From a virus, in IMG/VR virus record IMGVR_UViG_3300043787_000193, positions 7,230 through 71,229 of that record: DNA of 64,000 nt; one strand, given 5' to 3'. The position numbers and the translations under genes are program-made. Each line of letters begins with the position of its first letter. Position 1 is the stretch's first letter. The notes under the pieces were generated by a model that was not told the origin of the DNA, did no database searches, and saw only the letters and a list, made by a program, of their open reading frames with translations. This document shows positions 56,064 to 64,000 of the stretch, one piece after another.

Positions 56064-56569
56064 GCGCTCACCGCGCCACTCGCGATTTGCCGATAATGTT
56101 GCGCCAGATGCTTGCGGCTCCGGGAAAGTCTAGCTTTCACTGTGCCGACAGGTACTCCGAGTTGCTTCGCGACATCCTGCAACGTTCGCCCGTCTTCATC
56201 AGAGATAAGAAGGCATACGGTTTCACGTTCACGGCTGCGCAGTTTTCCGATTGCTGCTCGCAACAGGGCTAGAGATTCTGCCCGTAGCAGCAATTCTTCT
56301 TGCGTGGGCCGCGAGCATCGGTATTGCTCTTCATCGCTCAACCGTTCTGATACTCTCCGCCTGAGTCGCTTCAGCGCGGCGTTGACGACGATGTGGTGAA
56401 GCCAGGTGGAGAATCGAGAACGTCCTTCAAACTGATGAAAATGCTTCAGGGCGCTCAGGAGGGCATCCTGTACCGCGTCTTCCGCCTCAGCCTGGTTTGG
56501 CAGATAACGGCGGGCGACAGCCGTTAGGTGCTTGAAATCTTTCGGGCCGAGATTCGCGAAGGCTTCCAC
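56060..56569 (-). CDS. ECF-type sigma-70 factor
   Basis: AEDAVQDALL...FEGRSRFSTWL..IVVN (region 2); LQDVAKQLGVPVGTVKARLSR (region 4). Confidence 0.9.
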   Translation of the reverse strand: MEAFANLGPKDFKHLTAVARRYLPNQAEAEDAVQDALLSALKHFHQFEGRSRFSTWLHHIVVNAALKRLRRRVSERLSDEEQYRCSRPTQEELLLRAESLALLRAAIGKLRSRERETVCLLISDEDGRTLQDVAKQLGVPVGTVKARLSRSRKHLAQHYRQIASGAVSA

Positions 56570-56570
56570 G

Positions 56571-56963
56571 TTACGCCGTGACTCTCCGCAAGTAGCTGGC
56601 CCACTGAATCCCCGGCTGATTGAAAAGTGCGCGCGAGGAGGGATGGAGTTCTTTGCGGAACGACCGCGCGTAGGCTGTGCGATCTCCCGCCATCGGCATT
56701 TCGTAGTGCAGCTTGTCCCCGTAGTTATGGGCCTTGGCGAAGGGCAGGAGATTGCCCACACCGAGCGGACCGTCCCAGACTTTCTCTGCAATGGCGACGA
56801 CGATGCTTTTCGCGAACAGGAAGATTTTCCCGTTCTCGATGAACTTTCCTTCGCCCCAACTCTTCAGCTTCCGCACTTCGCTGCGCGGCAACACCTTGGC
56901 GGGTTTTTCCCAGCGGTAATTCTGTCCTGTATAAAAACAGGGAACTGGATCGTTGGCGGGCAT
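56571..56963 (-). CDS. Hypothetical protein
   Basis: Abuts the sigma gene; start uncertain. Confidence 0.55.
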   Translation of the reverse strand: MPANDPVPCFYTGQNYRWEKPAKVLPRSEVRKLKSWGEGKFIENGKIFLFAKSIVVAIAEKVWDGPLGVGNLLPFAKAHNYGDKLHYEMPMAGDRTAYARSFRKELHPSSRALFNQPGIQWASYLRRVTA

Positions 56964-57199
56964 CTGAGGTTCGGAGGGTTGAATCGGAGGCGCACTTCTC
57001 CCACGAAGAGAATGTGCTTTGAAAAGCGCCGGGCATCGACCGGGTATGGGAGACACAATTTAGGCGGGCGGCAGAAGAGCGGTTCTCGTTGGGCGTCCGC
57101 AGACGCGGCGATTTCGGCTCACTTTCCGCCGCCCGTATCGCAATCGAAAGTAGCAGAGAAATCTTAGAATTGGTTCATTACGAAAGTGTCTGGAACTTG

Positions 57200-57271
57200 G
57201 GTCTACGAAGTCGGGGCTTTGAGCGAGAATTGTGGGATGGGTCCCATGCCCAGAAAGCTCAGCGTGCGCGT
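57200..57271. repeat. ~70-bp imperfect direct repeat, copy 2
   Basis: Matches 55250-55318 with one 3-nt indel. Confidence 0.85.
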
Positions 57272-57403
57272 TTCTTTAATTTCGTTTATAACGCCGATCC
57301 ACACGAGCACCGCGCCGAGCCCGATCTGAACGAACCCCATCCATGTGTGGTGAGCGATGACGGCCCCCATTGCGACCACGATGATGCCCATGACCAACTT
57401 CAT
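57203..57403 (-). CDS. Small 2-TM membrane protein
   Basis: Two hydrophobic helices. Confidence 0.6.
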   Translation of the reverse strand: MKLVMGIIVVAMGAVIAHHTWMGFVQIGLGAVLVWIGVINEIKETRTLSFLGMGPIPQFSLKAPTS

Positions 57404-57543
57404 GCTTTAGCCTTTCCTCTGCGGGCGCAGATCGTCACCAACAGAAAGTCCTCAGTCTCCACCGTTCTCACCCAGAGCATCTTCGATCTAGGTCTGGGGC
57501 GGGGCTTCTTGGGGGAAGGCTTGGCTGCGGGCTTCGTCATTTG

Positions 57544-57687
57544 TTATGGCGCTCCTCGGATTGGTGGCAAGAGGGGTTGATAAACTACGGCTCCGCACCA
57601 TTGACACTGATGCTGCCAAACATCCTCCGCGACATGCAGGATCGGCCCGTGATGCCAGCCGAAGTAACAGGCAATTCGATGAAGCAT
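57544..57687 (-). CDS. Small DUF1660-like Zn-binding protein (47 aa)
   Basis: CYFGWH...CQWCG. Confidence 0.5.
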   Translation of the reverse strand: MLHRIACYFGWHHGPILHVAEDVWQHQCQWCGAVVYQPLLPPIRGAP

Positions 57688-57688
57688 C

Positions 57689-58903
57689 TTACGGCGTCAC
57701 TTCCCACACCGTCCCCACACCGTTCGCTCCCCCAGCGCTGGTCACACCGTACACGTTGCCGAGTGAGTCGAAAATTAAGTTGCCCACCGGAGTTGCGCCG
57801 TCGCCCGATCCGCCAAAGTTGTGTATCACGGTCAGGCTCCAGCCGCCATTGGTTGCATTTTCGGCCGGAGGCGACAGCTTGAACAAAGTTCCCGCGCCGT
57901 ATTGCCCGCCGAGGGTGGTAGTGCCATAGAGATTGCCGGAGGAGTCGAAGGTCAAAGCTTCCGGGGATTGGCCGTTGTTTCCATTGAAGGCGAACAGAAC
58001 TTTTTGGGTCCAGCCGCCCGATCCGTTCGGAGACAGTTCGTAGACGTTGCCTTTGCCCGCCGCGCCGCCCAGCATGGTTGCGCCGTACAGATTGCCTTGC
58101 GAGTCGAAGATCACGCCAGAGGGTGAGGGGGACTTGCCGTTGATGCCGTTGAAGCTTACAAGGGTGGTTATCTGCGGAATGCTCGGCTGGTATTCAAACA
58201 CTGTGCCGTCGTTGGTGGGGCCGCCCCCCGACAGGGTTGCGCCGTAGAAGTTCCCCAGGGAGTCCATCGTGAGTCCGGGCACGGGATAGCTTCCGGCACG
58301 CAACGTGCCGCCAAAACTGACCTTTTCGACGGCGGACCATTCATAGCCGCAGCCGACGCAGGACTGCATTTCATAGAGCGTGCCCTGTCCCCGATCTCCG
58401 CTACGGAAGCTGGTTCCCCAAAGGTTGCCGAGGCTGTCGAAGAGGATTCCTGCGGGCGTCCCCGGCTCGGGAAAGTAATCCGCATAGAAGCCGTGTAAGA
58501 GCTTCACCACTAAAGTTCCTTTGGGAGCATGAGTCAATTCAAAGACGGTGCCGTCATCCGCAGTCGCCGGATAGCCTCCGCCCGCAGATGTGCCGTAAAG
58601 ATTCCCTGCGGAGTCAAACAGAAGAGAAGAATTCGGAGTGTCGGGGCTCACGGAGCCGGTGCCGAAGTTGTAGAGAATGGTTTCCACCTGCGAGGGTGAG
58701 AGTTCAAAAATCACGCCCGTGTTGTTGGTGCCGCCGACTGAGGCCGTGCCGTAGAGGTTTCCGGAAGAGTCGAAGATCAGCCCCCCTTGCGGGTTCTGGC
58801 CGTCCGATGTGCCGGGGGCGAAGGAGTGAAGGATTGATTCGGTTTGCGCGGCCAGAGTCAGGGAGCAGAGAAACAGAGAGAGAGTGGTCAGTAGGGTTTT
58901 CAT
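57689..58903 (-). CDS. Secreted GloVer (Gloeo_Verruco) tandem-repeat beta-propeller protein
   Basis: Signal peptide; repeats of G..P...LIFDS.GNLYGT...GG....GT.FEL.P. Confidence 0.88.
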   Translation of the reverse strand: MKTLLTTLSLFLCSLTLAAQTESILHSFAPGTSDGQNPQGGLIFDSSGNLYGTASVGGTNNTGVIFELSPSQVETILYNFGTGSVSPDTPNSSLLFDSAGNLYGTSAGGGYPATADDGTVFELTHAPKGTLVVKLLHGFYADYFPEPGTPAGILFDSLGNLWGTSFRSGDRGQGTLYEMQSCVGCGYEWSAVEKVSFGGTLRAGSYPVPGLTMDSLGNFYGATLSGGGPTNDGTVFEYQPSIPQITTLVSFNGINGKSPSPSGVIFDSQGNLYGATMLGGAAGKGNVYELSPNGSGGWTQKVLFAFNGNNGQSPEALTFDSSGNLYGTTTLGGQYGAGTLFKLSPPAENATNGGWSLTVIHNFGGSGDGATPVGNLIFDSLGNVYGVTSAGGANGVGTVWEVTP

Positions 58904-59052
58904 TTTGGTTTGTCCTTTTGTTTTTTCCATCGAGCCTGAACAGCGCGACGGGCGGAATCGGAACGTTCCTTTGGGGAGAGCTTACTGTTTGTGGCTTTGG
59001 CTCCGCGCTTGCCGAGTTTCGAGAGGTACTCGCGGACGGGATCAGTTTTCAC
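58900..59052 (-). CDS. Small basic putative DNA-binding protein (50 aa, not in ORF track)
   Basis: MKTDPVREYLSKLGKRGAKATNSKLSPKERSDSARRAVQARWKK; TGA overlaps the next ATG. Confidence 0.7.
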   Translation of the reverse strand: MKTDPVREYLSKLGKRGAKATNSKLSPKERSDSARRAVQARWKKQKDKPK

Positions 59053-59058
59053 GGAGGA

Positions 59059-59144
59059 ACGATAGCATATACGCGGCGGACGCGCAAGGAGTCTTTTGAC
59101 TCACGAAGAACTATCTTGACATACGCGGCGGACGCGAATATAAA
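59059..59144. promoter_or_regulatory. Divergent sigma70 promoters sharing a 16-bp operator repeat
   Basis: Minus strand TTGCGC-17-TATCGT; plus strand TTGACA-17-TATAAA; ATACGCGGCGGACGCG at 59069-59084 and 59121-59136. Confidence 0.8.
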
Positions 59145-59220
59145 TGTACTCGTAGTCGGGCCGATCTGAGGTTCCAGCCCCAGACCAGCCCTAACCGAAA
59201 CGACCTGAATGGGAGGCCGA

Positions 59221-59445
59221 ATGGCTCACGCAACTCTAGCACGCCCCACCCCCAGCATTTCCACAGCCCTTTTCTCCGGGCGCATCCCTAGTCAACCTCA
59301 AGTTTCTCTCTGCTGCCACGTCTCCCCGGAATCAAGCTGGGGCGCGGGCGATGCCCTCGAATGCAACCAACCCGCAGTGGTTCATCACGTCGCTACAGAA
59401 ATGGATTACTGTGCGCGGCACTGGAAGGAGGTGGGCCGTGGCTGA
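59221..59445 (+). CDS. Small Cys/His hypothetical protein
   Basis: GGAGG RBS; CNQPA...YCARH. Confidence 0.6.
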   Translation: MAHATLARPTPSISTALFSGRIPSQPQVSLCCHVSPESSWGAGDALECNQPAVVHHVATEMDYCARHWKEVGRG

Positions 59446-59710
59446 AACATTCTCTGTTGTTGGAGTCAGCACCGAGGAATTAAAGAAGCGCCTTGCCGAA
59501 ACTTCCGACCCTCGCTACGCCGCCGAGATTCAGCGCCGGGAGCGCCAGCAACGCGCTCAGATCATTGAAGAGCTCGCCGAATTGAAAGATGAATTGTACC
59601 GCTCGGGCTGGGGTGACGATGTTAACCCCCATACCGCTCACGTCCGCGATGTTCTCGACAAACTCATTCAGGTGCTGGAGACGCATTTTGCAAACGAGGT
59701 GCGCCGATGA
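59438..59710 (+). CDS. Hypothetical protein
   Basis: AAGGAGG RBS, GTG start. Confidence 0.65.
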   Translation: MAETFSVVGVSTEELKKRLAETSDPRYAAEIQRRERQQRAQIIEELAELKDELYRSGWGDDVNPHTAHVRDVLDKLIQVLETHFANEVRR

Positions 59711-59877
59711 ACCGCGAACTGGCCCTCCTCAACTTGCTCGGCGTAGTGCAGCACGCCATCGGCAATCTCAACTTAAACGATCCACCAGCCGCGCTCCGAA
59801 CACTGTTGCGGGGACTGGAGTTCTACGACCAGGCAGTCGAAAACGAAAAGAAGTGCGCGGCTAAGGAGGCCGCTTAA
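59707..59877 (+). CDS. Small hypothetical protein (56 aa)
   Basis: ATGA overlap; ends KEAA. Confidence 0.55.
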   Translation: MNRELALLNLLGVVQHAIGNLNLNDPPAALRTLLRGLEFYDQAVENEKKCAAKEAA

Positions 59878-59879
59878 CC

Positions 59880-61130
59880 ATGAAATATCTCAAATGCTCA
59901 ATCGACGGCCCAAACGGTTCGGGCAAAACTTGTACAACGGCTCAACTCGCCTGCGGGATCGCCAAGGAATACGGCGACGGCGGCGCCGTTCACGTCTACG
60001 ATTCCAACGATCGCTGGGGTGCGTGGAAGGTCCACATCTTCGACAAAGAAAAGATTCCCGTCGTCATCACCGTGGGAACCTCTCTTGCCGCACTGAAAGA
60101 AAGCATGGACCGCTTCCAGGACGATCAGGGTGCCGTCTATGTCTCCGACGATCTCACTGTGCCGTGGACGGAAGGGCTGGCAGCATTCGCCTACGAGAAC
60201 GGCAATCTCCCCTTCGACCGCAGGGCGCAATTGATGAACGAGTGGAATCGCTTCGTGCTGCCCTTCCAGGCAGGAGAGTTTCACGCGATCGCGTGCGGAC
60301 GCCTGGGCTACTGGTGGGAGAATATCGAAGACCCGGACACTGGAGATTTGAAGCTGGTGCAGGGCGACTCGAAGTTTAACGCCGGCGGCGGACAGAATTT
60401 CGGTTTTGAATGCGTGCTCGAAGCCGAGATGCGCCGGCGCAAGCGAAGAATCGCCGGACTCCTGCGCGGCAAACTGATGATGGAATACGTCTGCGACATC
60501 GTGAAGGATGCCGACTCCATCATCAACGGCCAGCAGTTTGTGTTTCAAGGATTCGAGAACGGCAAAGGCTACAGCCAGGGCGACTACAAAACCGTGCTCG
60601 ACTGCTTCCGCTCCCACATCGAATTCCGCGCCAAGCTCGGAGCGGCGAAGCGCGCCACATCGGAAACCCGTGACCTGATCGTCCAAGGGAAAACCGCGTG
60701 GGCGCTCGACAAAACCACCCGCGCCGGACTTCTCGAAGAACTGGGGAACCTGCTTGATCACTGCTTCCCTGGGGGAGAGAAGCGGTCGAAGATCGACGCC
60801 ATGTATCGCACCCTGACGCTGGAATACTTGAACGGCTTCACGTCCTGGTCGCGGATGGAAGAGGAAGTCTCCACCGTCAACTTGCAGCGGAACGTAGCCA
60901 TCGTGAAGGCGCTGCGGGAGCGGCTCAACAAAGGGGAGAGAATCAACAATCAATCCGAACTCGCCGGCATCCTGCACCTATCCTCCGACGATGTTCTCAA
61001 GCCGGGGCACGGGGTAACCTTACTCGAACTCATGCTGGCGAAGAGCGTGGACGCGGTCAAGCCGAAGGGACCGCAGCCCATCGTCCCCATCATGGATAAT
61101 TGGCCGAATCGGGAAATCGCCGGAGACTAA
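59880..61130 (+). CDS. P-loop AAA ATPase (Sak4-like recombination protein)
   Basis: GPNGSGKT Walker A, YVSDDLT..W Walker B, FGFECVL. Confidence 0.7.
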   Translation: MKYLKCSIDGPNGSGKTCTTAQLACGIAKEYGDGGAVHVYDSNDRWGAWKVHIFDKEKIPVVITVGTSLAALKESMDRFQDDQGAVYVSDDLTVPWTEGLAAFAYENGNLPFDRRAQLMNEWNRFVLPFQAGEFHAIACGRLGYWWENIEDPDTGDLKLVQGDSKFNAGGGQNFGFECVLEAEMRRRKRRIAGLLRGKLMMEYVCDIVKDADSIINGQQFVFQGFENGKGYSQGDYKTVLDCFRSHIEFRAKLGAAKRATSETRDLIVQGKTAWALDKTTRAGLLEELGNLLDHCFPGGEKRSKIDAMYRTLTLEYLNGFTSWSRMEEEVSTVNLQRNVAIVKALRERLNKGERINNQSELAGILHLSSDDVLKPGHGVTLLELMLAKSVDAVKPKGPQPIVPIMDNWPNREIAGD

Positions 61131-61140
61131 AATCCGGCTA

Positions 61141-61203
61141 GGTCGAAACCGGGTTTAAGCTGTCCCCGGTCCAGCCGTGAGAGAAGCGGCTGCTGAGGAG
61201 ACC
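61141..61203 (+). ncRNA. Type II hammerhead ribozyme
   Basis: GGUC-GAAA-CCGGG..CCCGG-UC-CAGCCG..CGGCUG-CUGAGGA-GACC: complete core and three stems. Confidence 0.88.
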
Positions 61204-61210
61204 CAACGAA

Positions 61211-61612
61211 ATGAATCAACTCGTAGGCCGCGACGATCAAGGCAACCCGTTTCTAGTTCTCATACTGGAACCGGCCAACATTCACAAGATGGTGAACGAA
61301 GCCAAGCCGGTTGATCTCCGGGTCGAAGCCTTGTTCCCCGAGGGAGTTCCCCGCAAGCTGCGCCTGGTCATCGCGCATTCGGAAACGCCGGTGCGGGATG
61401 CGAAGGAACTCTCGAAACTCACAGCAGTCACTCTTGACGAGCGGATTCCCGTCGCCCGGACGAAAGTTCCTCATTGCCCCGAATGTCACACCACCATCGA
61501 ACAGCTTGGAGTGTGGCGAAACGAATCCCCGATGGCTCTCGCGTTTTGTGTGGGCTGCGGCTGCGTGTTCGGGATGGTGCCGAGCGAAGTGGCGAAAACG
61601 TTGAAGCCGTAA
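61211..61612 (+). CDS. Zn-ribbon hypothetical protein
   Basis: CPEC...CVGCG; GAGGAG RBS. Confidence 0.7.
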   Translation: MNQLVGRDDQGNPFLVLILEPANIHKMVNEAKPVDLRVEALFPEGVPRKLRLVIAHSETPVRDAKELSKLTAVTLDERIPVARTKVPHCPECHTTIEQLGVWRNESPMALAFCVGCGCVFGMVPSEVAKTLKP

Positions 61613-61798
61613 ATTTCTGCGGAGTCAGGCTCCGCACTGAGAAGACCCAACATCTATGGATAAGCCGCAACAGCCGCAAGAATTACCCGTGGATCACTGG
61701 AAGTCAAGGGCATATGACGATCAAAGCATTCTCTACCGCATCGCCGATCTGCTGGAAGAACTGCTGAACGAAACGCGCAAAATTCGGAAGGAACATAT

Positions 61799-62143
61799 TT
61801 GATCCGCCGCCGCCCCATCCCCCGCACCAAGGAGAAGCCGGAATTCTCCCAGCACTACGAGACCATCCTCGACGGAGCCGTTCTCAAATACCGGGATGGC
61901 CGGGAAGTCTGCGTAGACTCCCCGGCAGGGTGGCGCGAGTACAAGCGCCGCGTAGAGGCCATGCTATTGCGTCAGAATGGCCGCTGCTGCCTGTGTAAGC
62001 GCCGGTTGGCCCTAAACCATGCCACGTTTGAACATCAGCGGCGCAGGGGCATGGGAGCAGCATGGCGAGACGACCGAATCTCTAAGGATGGTCAGGACTG
62101 GAATGGGGCGGCGCACTGGACTTGCAACTCAGAGAAGGGCTGA
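61799..62143 (+). CDS. HNH endonuclease-like protein
   Basis: RQNGRCCLC...ATFEH...NGAAHWTCNSEKG. Confidence 0.75.
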   Translation: MIRRRPIPRTKEKPEFSQHYETILDGAVLKYRDGREVCVDSPAGWREYKRRVEAMLLRQNGRCCLCKRRLALNHATFEHQRRRGMGAAWRDDRISKDGQDWNGAAHWTCNSEKG

Positions 62144-62982
62144 GACGTGTCCGGCTTGAAGCATCTGGCGATGTGCTGCGCGAGAGGGAAGGGAATTTTC
62201 GCAAGCATGGCGCTGGCGGCTTTCCTCTTCATGCTGTCCGATCCGAAGAGTGCCGCGCCTCTATCGAACCAATCGAGTCCGCTGCCGGGTTTCTTGAAGT
62301 GACCTGGGGACTGAATCTTGATTCCCAGTTCGTCGATCACGACGTGCTCTGCCGGGTTCGTCAGATGCCGCGTGTGCTCATGGCCGTCGCGGAGATACAT
62401 GCGCTTTGCCTGCTTCAATCCTTCTAGTCTCCAGTGCGGCGAAACTTGCCCGGTTTGAGCGAAGCGGCTGAAGCTCTGCCCATACACTTTCTGCGATCGA
62501 GCGATCGGCATCAGCGCCGGCACATCGCCCCAGAGAAAGTAGCTGCCAAAGTGCCACCTCGCATAACCGACCCATCGTTGAGCGCCGCGCACATTCTCGA
62601 CGATGAGCGGAATTTCCCGTCCGGCGGCCGCGCATGCCTCGCGCTGAATTCGGAAACAGGCATCGAAGAGAGCGTTCAACTCGGCAACCCGTTCGAGACT
62701 TTCCCGGTACCAGGCCGCAAGAGCTTTGGCTTTCCGCCACGGCATCGCCATATAGCTGTAGCGCTGGCAGGGCGGCGAAGCCACAATTACCGCCGCGTCG
62801 ACGAACTCCGATCCGTGAACGCTCAGACAATCTTGCAGCACCAGCTTACCCGGATAACCGCCCGTCCCATAGTCGTGCCGCTCCAGATCGAATCCGATCA
62901 CGCGGTACCCCTCCGACAGAAAGCCTTCCGCCCATCCGCCCAACCCGCAGTACAGATCGATGCAGAGAGGCTTATCACTCAC
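62092..62982 (-). CDS. DNA cytosine-C5 methyltransferase-like protein
   Basis: IDLYCGLGGW, VASPPCQ, IVENV motifs. Confidence 0.85.
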   Translation of the reverse strand: MSDKPLCIDLYCGLGGWAEGFLSEGYRVIGFDLERHDYGTGGYPGKLVLQDCLSVHGSEFVDAAVIVASPPCQRYSYMAMPWRKAKALAAWYRESLERVAELNALFDACFRIQREACAAAGREIPLIVENVRGAQRWVGYARWHFGSYFLWGDVPALMPIARSQKVYGQSFSRFAQTGQVSPHWRLEGLKQAKRMYLRDGHEHTRHLTNPAEHVVIDELGIKIQSPGHFKKPGSGLDWFDRGAALFGSDSMKRKAASAMLAKIPFPLAQHIARCFKPDTSQPFSELQVQCAAPFQS

Positions 62983-63157
62983 CGGCGATTTCCTCCCTCC
63001 ACACCTTCTCCCGCTCCGCCTCCACTCCATCCTGTACTCCCAGTAACCACTGCCTCTCGGCTAATCGTCCAGCTTCCACGCCGCGCTGGAAATCCCGCTT
63101 GCGGAAATATAAAAATATTCCCACGAACACCGCCGCGTCTATCAGCCAGATCGTCAC
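62975..63157 (-). CDS. Small membrane-anchored protein
   Basis: N-terminal TM segment; GTGA overlap. Confidence 0.55.
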   Translation of the reverse strand: MTIWLIDAAVFVGIFLYFRKRDFQRGVEAGRLAERQWLLGVQDGVEAEREKVWREEIAGE

Positions 63158-63369
63158 AGTCGCACCTCCGGCACTTCCACTGCCCCACTCAGGAAATCTT
63201 TGAAGCAAATACTCATAAACAGCGGCACAATGTTCCGGGCGTAGATGCTCTGGAGGGTCAGCGTGCTCAGACCTTCGAGAATGCGGCGGACGTCTTCCCT
63301 CAGACGGGGGCTCTGGGTCAGTTGGTTGACCTGCTCCATCAGTTCGGAAAGGAGTTGATCACGGGTCAT
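63154..63369 (-). CDS. Hypothetical protein
   Basis: ATGA overlap. Confidence 0.6.
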   Translation of the reverse strand: MTRDQLLSELMEQVNQLTQSPRLREDVRRILEGLSTLTLQSIYARNIVPLFMSICFKDFLSGAVEVPEVRL

Positions 63370-63923
63370 GGCTTCTTCGCCTCCACAAAAAATCTGACTC
63401 CCTCATGCCGGAACTTGATCTCCGACAATCCCGCCTGCTGCAAAGCTTTCTCCATCCCCCGCTCCGTCTGGCAACACTCGCTCTTGCCGGCCAAGGTGAG
63501 CACCTTCCCGGTGAAGTGCAGTACTAGCAATCCATTGAGCAGGACAAAGGTGCGGAACAAGAGAGCCTTCGGACTGGGGAACGCCTGACGGAACTCGCTG
63601 CAGGTGAAGCGCGGGCTGTGCAGCGTGGCCCGGAAGATGCCGCCCGAGTTGAGAACGCGGTGGATCTCGGAGAGAGCTTGCGGGATGTGCATGTAGGGCA
63701 AAGCTACGGAGCATACGACGGAGGAGACGCTGGAATCAGGCAAGGGAAGGTCTTCGCCTCGAGCGTGGAGATAGCGCCAGCCGCGGGCGGAGTATTTCTG
63801 CCGGGCCAGCTCTAAAGCGGAGTCGTTGATATCCACTCCTATGAGGGAGGATTCTTCCGAGATGCCGAATTTCCGCCAGGAGTCGCCGGCGCCGCAACCT
63901 AAATCTAGGATCATGGTGCTCAT
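63366..63923 (-). CDS. Class I SAM-dependent methyltransferase
   Basis: ILDLGCGAG, IGVDIN, GEDLPLPDSS, ALSEIHRVL.SGG. Confidence 0.9.
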   Translation of the reverse strand: MSTMILDLGCGAGDSWRKFGISEESSLIGVDINDSALELARQKYSARGWRYLHARGEDLPLPDSSVSSVVCSVALPYMHIPQALSEIHRVLNSGGIFRATLHSPRFTCSEFRQAFPSPKALLFRTFVLLNGLLVLHFTGKVLTLAGKSECCQTERGMEKALQQAGLSEIKFRHEGVRFFVEAKKP

Positions 63924-64000
63924 GGTCTATGGGTTCCTCTCTTCGGGCGCGGGGCTACCGGGTCCCTGCCCTCGGGCTTGCGTGCTCGTTGCGTAGGGCG

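Larger units (their letters stand above)
1..64000. mobile_element. Tailed bacteriophage/prophage (podovirus-like), boundaries not visible
   Basis: TerS/TerL, portal, scaffold, capsid, nozzle, ejection and lysis genes, with small phage-type ORFs running up to both window edges and no host core genes. Confidence 0.92.

Noticed and set aside
1-64000. Genome-wide TGA recoding
   Set aside because: TGA ends many genes with ATGA/GTGA overlaps, and long ORFs are intact in code 11
1-64000. CRISPR array, tRNA, reverse transcriptase/DGR, integrase
   Set aside because: No repeat-spacer periodicity, cloverleaf, RT motif, adenine-specific TR/VR pair or integrase motif recognised by eye

Overview
The whole window looks like one tailed phage (podovirus-like, P22/T7-type tail module), probably most of its genome. 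No host housekeeping genes, integrase or DNA polymerase are visible. The host is probably Acidobacteria-like; this is inferred from a GloVer-repeat protein, Gln-first signal peptides and GC content. The minus strand carries, in order: portal, scaffold, capsid, adaptor/nozzle, ejection proteins, a 4155-aa DarB-like polyvalent protein, TerS, a TerL split into two in-frame ORFs, three large signal-peptide proteins and a Tlde1-type lysis cassette. Also present are an intact IS1595 (TIRs plus 8-bp TSD), a serine resolvase with a candidate res site, an ECF sigma factor, a divergent promoter switch and a type II hammerhead ribozyme. The two most unusual signals are (1) three small +1-frame genes nested inside the giant gene, each with an embedded -10 box and each directly upstream of an enzymatic domain, and (2) five virion-like, Cys-rich proteins with Sec signal peptides. 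All protein family calls come from recognising motifs by eye; no database search was run.
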